This document shows, in pieces, positions 1 through 8,674 of a stretch of 34,367 nt of DNA (its first letter is position 1; the number at the start of each line of letters is the position of its first letter). This DNA is from Candidatus Moraniibacteriota bacterium. GTDB taxonomy: Bacteria; Patescibacteriota; Minisyncoccia; Moranbacterales; UBA9337. The notes beneath the pieces are model-generated. The model was not told the origin of the DNA, made no database searches, and worked only from the letters and a program-made list of their open reading frames with translations. The translations under genes and the position numbers were made by a program. The DNA is taken from positions 1-34,367 of the forward strand of contig DOKP01000063.1 in the NCBI GenBank assembly GCA_003510795.1, given 5' to 3'.

Positions 1-27
1 ACATATTGTATTGGAAGAGACTGTTTT

Positions 28-56
28 TTGCGAGAAAAGGCGGGGTGGTATATAAT
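28..56 (+). promoter_or_regulatory. sigma70-like promoter (TTGCGA - 17 nt - TATAAT, with TGG just upstream of the -10 region)
   Basis: TTGCGA at 28-33 and TATAAT at 51-56 with 17-nt spacing, about 95 nt upstream of the ATG at 151. Read directly from sequence. Confidence 0.5.
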
Positions 57-68
57 TAGAGTGCAAAC

Positions 69-128
69 AACCCCCTCTGTCCTGCTGGACATCTCCCCCT
101 TTGAGTACAAAGATGGAGAGGGGAGGCT
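69..128 (+). repeat. TTG-AGTA-CAA hairpin element, copy A (5' leader of the acetyl-CoA synthetase gene)
   Basis: aaccccctct...catctccccctttgAGTAcaaagatggagagggg. CTTTG (99-103) pairs with CAAAG (108-112) around loop AGTA. CCCCTCT (72-78) is complementary to AGAGGGG (117-123). The element shares blocks with copies at 10436-10480 and 8594-8650 and is followed by ctttgatttttt. Confidence 0.5.
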
Positions 129-150
129 TTGATTTTTTAATAATAAAAAA

Positions 151-2202
151 ATGAAAAAAAATTTAGAAAAACTTTTTAATCCAAAGACGGTGGCGATTGT
201 GGGAGCTTCGGATAAGGCAGGCAGTGTGGGCAATGCCATTACCCAAAATCTTTTAAATTTAGGTTATGCGGGCGAGGTATTTTTGATTAATCCTAAATAT
301 CCAGAATTATTGGGACAAAAATGTTACGCTTCACTCAATGATGTGGAAAAAGAAATTGATTTGGCTATTATCGTGATTCCAGCTGCTTTTGTAAATGAAA
401 CTATAAAATTAGCAAAAAATGTAAAAAATTTCATCGTGATTTCTGCCGGTTTTTCGGAAATTGGAAAAGAAGGACGGCTTAAGGAGCTTGAATTATTGAA
501 AATTGCTAAAGAAAATGATGTGAATGTATTAGGGCCGAATTGTTTGGGTTTAATTATCCCAAAATTAAATTTAAATGCTTCTTTTGCGGGCGGGATGCCA
601 AAAAGCGGAGGAGTATCTTTGATTTCTCAGTCAGGGGCTTTGGTGGTGGCGATGATGGATATGGCGAGTGAAAGACAAATTAAATTTTCTCAAATTATTT
701 CTGTAGGCAATAAGATGCAACTGGACGAAATAGAACTAATGGAATATTTGGCCAATGACAATGAAACAAAAGTCATCGCTCTTTATCTTGAGGGGATTAA
801 AGATGGGCAAAAATTTATCGAAGTTGCCAAACGAGTGGTGCAAAAAAAACCTATTATCATACTCAAAGCCGGCATAAGTGAAAAAGCTCAAAAAGCTATC
901 GCTTCCCACACTGGGTCACTGGCTGGAAGTGATGAAATTATGAATGCGGCTTTTCGTAAAGCTGGAATTATCAGAGCGGAAAGTTTGGAAGATTTTTTTA
1001 TCCTAATAGCATTAATGGCTAACTTTAAAAATAATGTTAGCGGAGAATCAGTAATTATCACTAACGCCGGAGGGCCTGGCGTACTGGCCACAGATGCATT
1101 TGGCAGCAAGAAAATAAAATTAAAAGAGTTTTCAGCAGAAACTAAAGAAAAGCTAAGAGAATTCTTGCCCGCAGAATCTTCCGTAGAAAATCCGATTGAT
1201 TTGCTGGGGGACGCGACCCAGGAGCGCTACCAAAAAACTTTAGAATTATTGGAGAGTGAGGATGTGGGCAATGTACTTTGTCTGATGACTGCCCAAGATC
1301 AAACTCCGACCGAAAAAATTGCCCAAGTAATTGCAGACTTTAAAGAAAAATCTCAAAAAAATATTATCCCAGTTTTTATTGGAGGGGAAAAAATTAAAAA
1401 AGCCGTCGAAATTTTAGCCGAAAATAACATCCCTAATTTTAATTTTCCTAAAGAAGTGATTAATGGGCTAGAGAAGGCGCTGGAAAAGAAAGAAATTTTT
1501 GAAGCTAGCAAATCATTGCTGGGAAAATTATTCGGATCTAAAGATAAAAATATTATAAATATTGCTCTGGCGGAAAAGAAAAAAGCTCTCTTGTTTGGAG
1601 AGGCTGGAGAGTTGTCGCGAAAGTATTCAATCCCAGTCGTGGATTTTGTAAACTTGGCGCCAGGGCAAGAATTGGGCGAAGTTTCAGTAAAATTTCCAGT
1701 GGTGCTAAAAGTAGATAGCGAAAATGTCTTGCATAAGACTGAAAAAAGCGGATTGGTGTTGGGAATTAAAAATATCCAAGAACTTGGAGAAGCCGTGGCA
1801 GAAATGAAAAATAATTTTGCGGAAGAAAATTTAATTATCCAACCGATGTTGGAGCATGAAGCAGAATTAATTGTGGGACTAAAGCGAGATTTAGTTTTTG
1901 GTCCAGTAATCGTCTTTGGTTTGGGTGGAATTTATACAGAAGTTTTCAGAATGGTGGATTTCTTAATTTTACCGCTAGGGAAAGATGAGATAAAGAAAAG
2001 AATTATGGAAAGTAAAGTTGGATTTTTATTTAGAGAAACTCGCGGGAAGAAAGTGGGGGATATTGATGAGATGACAGAATTTATTTTTAATTTTGCTAGA
2101 TTAGTCGAAGAGCAAGAAGAAATAAAAGAAATTGATATCAATCCGCTTTTGATAACGAAAGAGGGAAAGCTGGTGGCGGTGGATGTTAAAGTGATACTTT
2201 AA
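151..2202 (+). CDS. acetate--CoA ligase family protein (ADP-forming acetyl-CoA synthetase, fused alpha/beta type: CoA-binding plus ATP-grasp)
   Basis: 683-aa ORF. The N-terminus KTVAIVGASDKAGSVGNAI is the CoA-binding Rossmann motif typical of ADP-forming acyl-CoA synthetases. It also has GPNCLG and SQSGAL motifs, and the C-terminal half looks like an ATP-grasp domain. Confidence 0.85.
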   Translation: MKKNLEKLFNPKTVAIVGASDKAGSVGNAITQNLLNLGYAGEVFLINPKYPELLGQKCYASLNDVEKEIDLAIIVIPAAFVNETIKLAKNVKNFIVISAGFSEIGKEGRLKELELLKIAKENDVNVLGPNCLGLIIPKLNLNASFAGGMPKSGGVSLISQSGALVVAMMDMASERQIKFSQIISVGNKMQLDEIELMEYLANDNETKVIALYLEGIKDGQKFIEVAKRVVQKKPIIILKAGISEKAQKAIASHTGSLAGSDEIMNAAFRKAGIIRAESLEDFFILIALMANFKNNVSGESVIITNAGGPGVLATDAFGSKKIKLKEFSAETKEKLREFLPAESSVENPIDLLGDATQERYQKTLELLESEDVGNVLCLMTAQDQTPTEKIAQVIADFKEKSQKNIIPVFIGGEKIKKAVEILAENNIPNFNFPKEVINGLEKALEKKEIFEASKSLLGKLFGSKDKNIINIALAEKKKALLFGEAGELSRKYSIPVVDFVNLAPGQELGEVSVKFPVVLKVDSENVLHKTEKSGLVLGIKNIQELGEAVAEMKNNFAEENLIIQPMLEHEAELIVGLKRDLVFGPVIVFGLGGIYTEVFRMVDFLILPLGKDEIKKRIMESKVGFLFRETRGKKVGDIDEMTEFIFNFARLVEEQEEIKEIDINPLLITKEGKLVAVDVKVIL

Positions 2203-2441
2203 AATTGATACAAATGACGCGAATGAAATGCAAATGATGCTAATATGCAAATTAAAATTAAAAAGTTTGTAAAGTTTTTAAAGTTCATAAGGTTTGTAAA
2301 GTTAATTTGGAATTAATTTTAAATTTGAAATTTTGAATTTTGATTCAAATCTTAATAACTAATTTATAAAAACAAATTAAGATATTAAATCATTAAAAGT
2401 TGATTCGAAATTTTAAATTCGAAATTAAAAATTATAAGGGT

Positions 2442-4157
2442 ATGATTTGGAAATTAAAAGAAAATAGTGAAGAGGTTTTTGAGAATGATTCATTGATTGA
2501 TGAACCACTGGCTTTACATCCAAAAGTATTAAAATTGCTTAATCAGAGAGGTATAAAAACCAAAGAGAAAATTAAAAAATTTATGTTTCCTAATTATGAT
2601 CAAGATATACTGGACCCATTTCTTTTCAAGGATATGCCTAAGGCAATGGAGCGTTTAAGATTAGCCAAAGAAAATAAAGAAAAAGTTCTAATTTTTGGAG
2701 ATTATGATGCTGACGGAATTACTTCGTCATTAATTTTGAAAGTTACTTTGGGGGAAGTTGGACTAAGCACAACTGTGTATATTCCTGACAAAGAGGATGG
2801 GTATGGATTGAGCGACGAAGCTCTTAAAATTTTTTCCGAGAAAGGTTTCACGCTTGTGATAACTACCGATTGCGGAATTACCAGCAAAGACGAGGTGGCA
2901 GGAGCGGCAAAAATTGGAATGGATGTGATTGTGACTGATCATCATCATGTTCCACCGGAGATCCCCTTGGCTGTAGCGGTAATAAATCCCAAGATAAAAA
3001 ATTGCGGTTATCCCGAAGATAATCTAGCTGGCGTGGGAGTGGCTTTCAAATTTGCCCAGGCGATTTATGACACTTTTTTACCGGAGAAAAAAGAGGCAAC
3101 TAAATGGATGCTGGATTTGGTGGCGATTGGAACAATCGCGGATATGGTGCCTTTGACCGGAGAAAATAGAACTATGGTTAAATTTGGGCTCTTGGTGCTT
3201 TCTAAGACTCGCCGAGTGGGACTTCAAGAAATGTTTAAGGTAGGGAGAATTTTAATTGATGAAAATAATTTTCCAGACGCACGAAAGATTTCTTTTCAAA
3301 TTGCGCCCAGAATTAACGCAGCTAGTCGCATGACGCATGCTGAAAAAGCTTTTTCACTTTTGGCAGAAACGGACAGAGTATTGGCTCGGGATATGGCGCT
3401 GGATATCGAATCTCAAAACAGCCGTCGGCAAAAAGAAACCGCCACAGTGGTAAGTGAAGCAGAAAAAATAGCAAAGAACTCTTTTAAAGATAAAAATTTT
3501 ATTTTAGTGGCTAACGAGAATTTTCCGATAGGTATCCTCGGTTTAGTGGCGGGGAAAATGGTGGATAAATTTAAGCGACCAGTGGCAATTTTGAAAAAAG
3601 GAAATGCAGAAAGCAAGGGATCATTCCGCAGTATTCCTCAAATAAATATTATCGAATCCATCGAAGCGTGTAGTGAATCATTGGTTAAATATGGCGGACA
3701 TGCTCAAGCGGCGGGAATTACGATAAAAAATGAAAATCTAGAAAAATTTTATGAAAAACTAGCAAGGATCATTGATGAAAAATTAGATGGGATGGATTTA
3801 TCGCCGGAAATAAAAGTAGATTTGGAATTAACTTCCCAAGACATCGGCCTTGAATTGATAGAAGATTTAAAAAAAATGGAACCTTTCGGCCAAGGAAACG
3901 AGCTACCGATTTTTATGATGAAAGAATTAATCATTCAAGATTTGAAATGGGTGGGAAATGGAGAAAAGCATTTGAAATTATTTGTACGTCCTAAAAATGG
4001 CAGTCCTAAAATTTTTGAAGCCATTGGTTTTAATCTGAGTGAGAGGTTTAAAGAATTAAAAGTAGGAGAAGAGATTAATTTACTTTTTAATTTGGAAGAG
4101 GATGAATGGAATGGGAACAAGAAGATACAGATGAAGATAATTGATATTAAAAAATAA
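2442..4157 (+). CDS. recJ: single-stranded-DNA-specific exonuclease RecJ
   Basis: DHH-family motifs DYDADGITS, TDCG and VTDHHH, plus the DHHA1 motif GGHAQAAG. The ORF track starts at TTG 2400, but the in-frame ATG at 2442 is the more plausible start. Confidence 0.9.
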   Translation: MIWKLKENSEEVFENDSLIDEPLALHPKVLKLLNQRGIKTKEKIKKFMFPNYDQDILDPFLFKDMPKAMERLRLAKENKEKVLIFGDYDADGITSSLILKVTLGEVGLSTTVYIPDKEDGYGLSDEALKIFSEKGFTLVITTDCGITSKDEVAGAAKIGMDVIVTDHHHVPPEIPLAVAVINPKIKNCGYPEDNLAGVGVAFKFAQAIYDTFLPEKKEATKWMLDLVAIGTIADMVPLTGENRTMVKFGLLVLSKTRRVGLQEMFKVGRILIDENNFPDARKISFQIAPRINAASRMTHAEKAFSLLAETDRVLARDMALDIESQNSRRQKETATVVSEAEKIAKNSFKDKNFILVANENFPIGILGLVAGKMVDKFKRPVAILKKGNAESKGSFRSIPQINIIESIEACSESLVKYGGHAQAAGITIKNENLEKFYEKLARIIDEKLDGMDLSPEIKVDLELTSQDIGLELIEDLKKMEPFGQGNELPIFMMKELIIQDLKWVGNGEKHLKLFVRPKNGSPKIFEAIGFNLSERFKELKVGEEINLLFNLEEDEWNGNKKIQMKIIDIKK

Positions 4158-4227
4158 TTTCAAATTTCAAATTTCCAATTCCAAATCAATTTCAAATGAT
4201 AAAAAGTTTAATTTAATTTTAAAAAAT

Positions 4228-4833
4228 ATGAATATAAAAGCAGTCGTGTTTGATGCGGATGGGGTGGTGATAAATTCGCCTGGATATTTTAGCGTACAAT
4301 ACCAAAAAGATTTTAATGTTTCCAATGATGTTATGCTACCTTTTTTTAAGGGAAAATTTCAAGAGTGCTTGGTGGGTGAGGCTGATTTGAAAAAAGAACT
4401 GAAACCTCTTTTAAAGGAATGGAAGTGGCAAGGCGGTGTCGAAGAGCTTTTAAAATATTGGTTTGAAGCGGAACATTATATAGATGACAGGGCGATAACT
4501 GAAATAAAAAGACTGAGAGAAAAGGGAATAAAATGTTATCTGGGCACTAAGCAAGAAAAATACAGAATGAAATATATAGAAGAAGATATGGGACTAGGTG
4601 CTTTTTTTGATGGAATTTTTTCCTCAAGCAATATCGGATACAAAAAACCAAATGAGAGATTTTATGATTCTATAGCTAGTGTGCTAGAAAAAACTGAAAA
4701 AATTAAACCAGAAAATATTCTTTTTTGGGATGACAAAAAAGAAAATGTTGATGGGGCTAATGGATGCGGTTGGAATGCTTTTCTTTTTGCAAGCTTCAAT
4801 GATTTCAAAAAAAGAATGGATGATATTTTTTAA
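4228..4833 (+). CDS. HAD-superfamily hydrolase
   Basis: Motif I is VVFDADGVV immediately after the ATG at 4228, with a later K...P and WDD (motif IV-like). The track ORF begins at 4141 on a non-ATG codon overlapping the recJ end, so the ATG at 4228 is preferred. Confidence 0.8.
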   Translation: MNIKAVVFDADGVVINSPGYFSVQYQKDFNVSNDVMLPFFKGKFQECLVGEADLKKELKPLLKEWKWQGGVEELLKYWFEAEHYIDDRAITEIKRLREKGIKCYLGTKQEKYRMKYIEEDMGLGAFFDGIFSSSNIGYKKPNERFYDSIASVLEKTEKIKPENILFWDDKKENVDGANGCGWNAFLFASFNDFKKRMDDIF

Positions 4834-5030
4834 AATTAAAATGAAAAATTTTCTCCGTAGTTTGTTTTGGTAGGCGGTTATATTATTACACAGGCGTATT
4901 TAATATGACTGTCTTAATTCTCAAGCTATTTAAAAATTATTATTACCTTATCAGCTTATTTCCAGATAGCGTATTGGAATTATTTTAAATGTTATTTCTA
5001 GAATTTCTAAATAGCAAAGATAAATAAAAT

Positions 5031-5066
5031 CCGGTTATTTTCCGCGTATGTTGATATTTAACAGGA
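5031..5066 (+). repeat. 36-nt dispersed repeat, copy 1 (invariant core GTTATTTTCCGCGTATGTT)
   Basis: ccggttattttccgcgtatgttgatatttaacagga. The 19-nt core lies at 5034-5052 and is identical in all four copies. Confidence 0.8.
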
Positions 5067-5136
5067 TAGGCGTATATGAAGAAATAAGAATATGGAAATA
5101 TTAAAAAATAAGAAGATAAAAATATGAAAAATAGTT

Positions 5137-5172
5137 GCGGTTATTTTCCGCGTATGTTTACAAATGACAGGA
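5137..5172 (+). repeat. 36-nt dispersed repeat, copy 2
   Basis: gcggttattttccgcgtatgtttacaaatgacagga, core at 5140-5158, 106 nt downstream of copy 1. Confidence 0.8.
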
Positions 5173-5237
5173 TTTTTTGTTGATTGCGTTTTTTAATTTA
5201 ATGTTTTTTACATAGATAATTTTTTAAAATTTAGAAT

Positions 5238-5855
5238 ATGAAAAACAAACACAAAAACAACAATAAAATTGATATTCAAGAAAGTATCGAAAATTTTCTT
5301 CATTCAGATAGCGCTCTGGCCATGACGACAAAATTTGTCTTGGCTTTTGTGGCAGTGGGGGCATTTGCTTTCGGGGGTGCGCTTATCCCTGGGATTTTAA
5401 AATGCATCAAAGAATTTGAGGGCAGTAGCAACTATTCAGATAAAAAAGTTAGGAATGCTGTGGAGGCTCTAAAAAGAGGAAAATTTATTAAAATAATAAA
5501 AAATAAAAATGGAAAAATAAAAATAAAACTTACTAATAAGGGAAGGAAAAGAATTATTGATATCGTTATAGATGATTTGATGATATGCGTGCCTAAGGTG
5601 TGGGATAAAAAATGGCGTATTTTAATTTTTGATATACCTAATCGGATGACTAATGAAAGAAATTCTTTTAGGCTAAAGATTAAGAAATTGGGTTTTTATC
5701 AATTTCAAAAGAGCGCCTGGTTTCATCCTTATCCTTGTGAAGATGAAATTTTGGCAGTGGCGGAATTTTATGCAGTAAGCGAATATGTGGAGATAATTAC
5801 TGCGGATAGAGTGCTTCATGAAAAAGAATTAAAAAAATATTTTAAATTAAAGTGA
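5238..5855 (+). CDS. PaaX-like / Cas2-fold putative DNA-binding protein with an N-terminal hydrophobic segment
   Basis: 205-aa ORF. A TM-like stretch (FVLAFVAVGAFAFGGALIPGIL) is followed by a basic wHTH-like segment. The C-terminal WRILIFDIPNRMTNERNSFRLKIKKLGFYQFQKSAWFHP matches the W-x-[LIV]-[LIV]-x-[FY]-D-[IL]-P...R...L...GF...Q.S.W pattern of PaaX C-terminal/Cas2-like ferredoxin folds. Confidence 0.6.
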   Translation: MKNKHKNNNKIDIQESIENFLHSDSALAMTTKFVLAFVAVGAFAFGGALIPGILKCIKEFEGSSNYSDKKVRNAVEALKRGKFIKIIKNKNGKIKIKLTNKGRKRIIDIVIDDLMICVPKVWDKKWRILIFDIPNRMTNERNSFRLKIKKLGFYQFQKSAWFHPYPCEDEILAVAEFYAVSEYVEIITADRVLHEKELKKYFKLK

Positions 5856-5899
5856 TTTTTTTAGTGTTTATTCTAATAATTTTATCTTAAAGCGGAAGT

Positions 5900-5935
5900 G
5901 CTGTTATTTTCCGCGTATGTTCATAAATAGCAGTA
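5900..5935 (+). repeat. 36-nt dispersed repeat, copy 3
   Basis: gctgttattttccgcgtatgttcataaatagcagta, core at 5903-5921, 45 nt after the stop of the PaaX/Cas2-fold gene. Confidence 0.8.
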
Positions 5936-5976
5936 TGTGCGAGGTTGAGAAAATTTAAAAAAATAAAAAAGAGAAA

Positions 5977-6012
5977 GCTGTTATTTTCCGCGTATGTTCA
6001 TATTTAACAGAA
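5977..6012 (+). repeat. 36-nt dispersed repeat, copy 4
   Basis: gctgttattttccgcgtatgttcatatttaacagaa, core at 5980-5998. The ends CTGTTA...TAACAG are perfectly complementary. It lies 77 nt after copy 3. Confidence 0.8.
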
Positions 6013-6145
6013 GAGATGTTGGGGCGCAAGTGGATTTTAGCGGTTGTCCATGATGATACTGGCTATGTGTTATTTGCTTACTTCTTATTATTTTACAATG
6101 GGTTGTTTCGTAAAACGAGTTTTTGTGATAAAATTGACTTGAATC

Positions 6146-7459
6146 ATGAAAAATAAAATAAAATTTTTATTGTTAATTGTTTTTTTCTTGGGAGCCTCAA
6201 ATATATCGGGGGTTGATTTTGGTGTTTCGAGGGCCTGGGCGGTGGATTGTGATGTGCTAACGGGTGAAGAAAAGACGGCTTGCGAAGATGAAAAAGATGA
6301 TATCGAAGACGATATTGATGCTTTGGAAAAGAAATTGAAGAAGCAAGAATCAGAAAAATCTTCATTGGAAAGTAGTCTGGGAAAAGTTAATGGAGCGGTT
6401 TCTAGCACTAGGCAAGCGATAGCTAGTACGCAAGCTCAAATTGACGCTACGGAAAAAAATATTGAGAATAAGAAAAAATATCTAATAAATCTTGAGGGAA
6501 ATATTGAAAAAGAAAAAGAAGCTCTACGAAAAATGATACAGGAAAACTACGTTAATTCTAGTCAGCCGTTTTTATTTATTTTTTTTGATAAGGATAATTT
6601 CTTGGATGCCGTTACCAGTATTGATAATTTACTTAGGGTAAAGGAGGAAATCTTAATTTTGATGGAGAATATAAAAAGTGATAAAGAAAGCGTAAAAAAT
6701 GAAACTGTTCAATTGGATAATACTAAAAAAGAAAAAGAAGAGTTATTGGACATAAAAGAAAGCCAAAAGAAAGCTTTGGAAAGAGAGGCTTATGGAATCC
6801 AAGAAGAAGTAGCAGAAGTAGCAGATAGCATTGAGAGTCTGCGTTCAAAATTATCTGAAACAAAAAACGATTTAAATAAATTGTTAGGAAAGAGCTACGA
6901 TACCAACGATGTAAAAGAAGCAATTAAATTTGCCAGCAAACAGACGGGAGTGAGAAAGGGTTTTCTTTTTGGAATGCTGTCCATCGAATCGCGATTAGGC
7001 GCCTCAGTGGGAGGCTGTGATTTTAAGCAAAGTCGGATGAGTGCGGCTCGAGCTACTATATTTAAAGATATTTGCGAGGAGCTGAATTATAATTATAAAA
7101 AGCAAAAAGTTTCCTGTCCGCCATCGAGCTATAAGGGCACAGGTGGCGCCATGGGGGCTGCGCAGTTCATGTCTGATACTTGGAGGGGCTATGAATCAAA
7201 AATAGCCAATGCATCGGGGCATAGCGTTCCTGATCCATGGAATCTAGTTGATGGAGTGATGGCGATGGCTTTAAAATTAGAAAACGACGGGGCAACTAAA
7301 GGTGGAAAAACTACGATCACCAGTCCTTGCAATGGGAAAAAGATTTCTATCAAATGGGAAGAATATGCTTCGCTTAAATATTTGGGTTGGAGCTGTTATG
7401 GACTGACAAATTATGCCAAAAGAGTCCAAGCGTTGTCGGGAAATTATGACCAACTTTAG
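6146..7459 (+). CDS. secreted coiled-coil protein with a C-terminal lytic transglycosylase-like (SLT/MltB-type) domain
   Basis: N-terminal signal/TM (KFLLLIVFFLGASNISG), then about 230 aa of heptad-rich E/K/L sequence. The C-terminal part has FGMLSIESRLG (catalytic E-S motif) and GAMGAAQFMSDTW (a GxMGxxQFMPxTW-like motif). Confidence 0.7.
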   Translation: MKNKIKFLLLIVFFLGASNISGVDFGVSRAWAVDCDVLTGEEKTACEDEKDDIEDDIDALEKKLKKQESEKSSLESSLGKVNGAVSSTRQAIASTQAQIDATEKNIENKKKYLINLEGNIEKEKEALRKMIQENYVNSSQPFLFIFFDKDNFLDAVTSIDNLLRVKEEILILMENIKSDKESVKNETVQLDNTKKEKEELLDIKESQKKALEREAYGIQEEVAEVADSIESLRSKLSETKNDLNKLLGKSYDTNDVKEAIKFASKQTGVRKGFLFGMLSIESRLGASVGGCDFKQSRMSAARATIFKDICEELNYNYKKQKVSCPPSSYKGTGGAMGAAQFMSDTWRGYESKIANASGHSVPDPWNLVDGVMAMALKLENDGATKGGKTTITSPCNGKKISIKWEEYASLKYLGWSCYGLTNYAKRVQALSGNYDQL

Positions 7460-7491
7460 GAATATTAAAATTTTTAAATTTTAATATTCCT
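7458..7491 (+). terminator. perfect 16-bp inverted repeat overlapping the stop codon (putative terminator hairpin)
   Basis: AGGAATATTAAAATTT (7458-7473), tt, AAATTTTAATATTCCT (7476-7491) are exact reverse complements. The stem is AT-rich and has no clean U-tract afterwards. Confidence 0.45.
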
Positions 7492-7559
7492 AATTAGTTT
7501 GCCCTGAGTTTATTTCTATGCTAGAATCTTAAAGTGTTAATTTATTATTTTAAAAAAAT

Positions 7560-8174
7560 ATGACAGAAAAAATGCATCTTAAAAAAGAGAGAACATTTGT
7601 GATGATTAAGCCTGATGGAATTCAAAGAACTCTCATTGGGGAAATTGTAAAAAGATATGAAAGGATGGGTCTCAAAATTACAGCTATGAAAATGCTTGTT
7701 CCAACTGCAGAGCATATTGAAGCGCATTACACTCTTGACCCGCAGTGGAGAAGAATTACTGGAGAAAAAACTATTGCTAGTTATGAAAAGAAAGGGATTG
7801 AGCCACCAAGCAAGGATCCGTTGGCAATAACAGCGGTTATCCTTGAGGGATTAAAAAAGTATATGACAAGCGGACCAGTAGTGGCAATGATTTTTGAAGG
7901 AGCGCACGCTGTGCAAATTGTAAGAAAAGTTACAGGAGGTACAGAACCACTAACAAGTGACGTGGGAACAATTAGAGGAGATTTTGTTTTAGATTCTTAT
8001 CAGTTAAGTGATGCTGATGGTAGAGCTGTGAGAAATTTAATTCACGCTTCGGGCTCTCCCGAAGAAGCAGAGATGGAAATTAAACACTGGTTTAAGGACG
8101 AAGAAATTTTTAATTATCGGCTAATTCAAGAACAAATAATTTATGACGTTAATCTTGATGGCATACTTGAATAG
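7560..8174 (+). CDS. ndk: nucleoside-diphosphate kinase (long form)
   Basis: ERTFVMIKPDGIQRTLIGEIVKRYERMGLKI, TIRGDF and NLIHASGSPEEAEMEIKHWF (active-site His region) are classic NDK motifs. Confidence 0.9.
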   Translation: MTEKMHLKKERTFVMIKPDGIQRTLIGEIVKRYERMGLKITAMKMLVPTAEHIEAHYTLDPQWRRITGEKTIASYEKKGIEPPSKDPLAITAVILEGLKKYMTSGPVVAMIFEGAHAVQIVRKVTGGTEPLTSDVGTIRGDFVLDSYQLSDADGRAVRNLIHASGSPEEAEMEIKHWFKDEEIFNYRLIQEQIIYDVNLDGILE

Positions 8175-8203
8175 TTTTTTTGCATTTATTTAAAAAAACA
8201 GCG

Positions 8204-8232
8204 AAAACCCTTGATATTAAAGGGTTTTTTGC
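8204..8232 (+). terminator. rho-independent terminator after ndk
   Basis: AAAACCCTT (8204-8212), 7-nt loop, AAGGGTTTT followed by a T-run (agggttttttgc), 30 nt after the ndk stop. Confidence 0.75.
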
Positions 8233-8250
8233 TTGATTATAAAAATTAAA

Positions 8251-8286
8251 AGTATATACCTAAGTATATACCTAAGTATATACTTA
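8251..8286. repeat. 12-bp tandem repeat x3 (AGTATATACCTA), ending in a 14-bp perfect palindrome
   Basis: agtataccta-type unit at 8251-8262 and 8263-8274, with variant agtatatactta at 8275-8286. TAAGTATATACTTA (8273-8286) is self-complementary. Confidence 0.85.
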
Positions 8287-8461
8287 GGAAAATTTCAAAA
8301 TCTAAATTTCAAATTTAAAATAAATGTCTAATTTCAAATTTCCAATGCCAAATAAATTATTTAATGTTAATAATTATAAAATTTTAATTTTAGGTTTTTG
8401 ATTTTATTGGAAATTTGGAATTTGAATTTCGGCATTTTGTATAATTGTTTTTTGAGTCCAA

Positions 8462-8520
8462 ATGTTTTAATGCTAAAATGCTAACGTGCTAATATGTTAA
8501 AATGTTAATATGCTAATATG
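8462..8520. repeat. 8-bp tandem repeat (ATGYTAAN) about 7.4 units
   Basis: atgtttta atgctaaa atgctaac gtgctaat atgttaaa atgttaat atgctaat atg, read in register from 8462. Confidence 0.8.
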
Positions 8521-8593
8521 ATTTTTTCCTTGCATTTTTCTCTAATTATATTTACCATAGGGATGATGTTAAGTTGTAGAATTAGTTGAGCAA

Positions 8594-8650
8594 GAGATCT
8601 CTCCACGCATAAATTTTTGAGTACAAAAATTTATTTGGTCGAGATGACAA
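8594..8650 (+). repeat. TTG-AGTA-CAA hairpin element, copy C (5' leader of uppS)
   Basis: ATAAATTTTTG (8609-8619), loop AGTA, CAAAAATTTAT (8624-8634) form a perfect 11-bp stem. It is flanked by gagATCTCTCC and tcGAGATGac, which resemble the ATCTCCCC and GATGGAGAG blocks of copy A. Confidence 0.5.
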
Positions 8651-8674
8651 GCGTAGATAGGTTAAAATGTTAAA

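Noticed and set aside
2400-2441. N-terminal extension of recJ from TTG 2400; similarly the HAD gene from 4141 and the beta-helix gene from GTG 22809
   Set aside because: The extensions translate repetitive AT-rich spacer motifs (or, for 22809, sequence abutting the dockerin relic). In-frame ATGs at 2442, 4228 and 22854 give N-termini that match family expectations: the conserved start region, DxDG motif I, and a signal peptide respectively.
5031-6012. Possible CRISPR array (36-nt repeats next to a Cas2-fold protein)
   Set aside because: Only four copies, split by a gene, with irregular spacing (106 and 77 nt). Only the 5' ~22 nt of each repeat are conserved. No other cas genes are present in the window.
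6088-6408. 106-aa minus-strand ORF overlapping the start of the transglycosylase gene
   Set aside because: It is Ser/Phe-rich low-complexity antisense to a coiled-coil-coding region. The plus-strand gene has a proper ATG and signal peptide.
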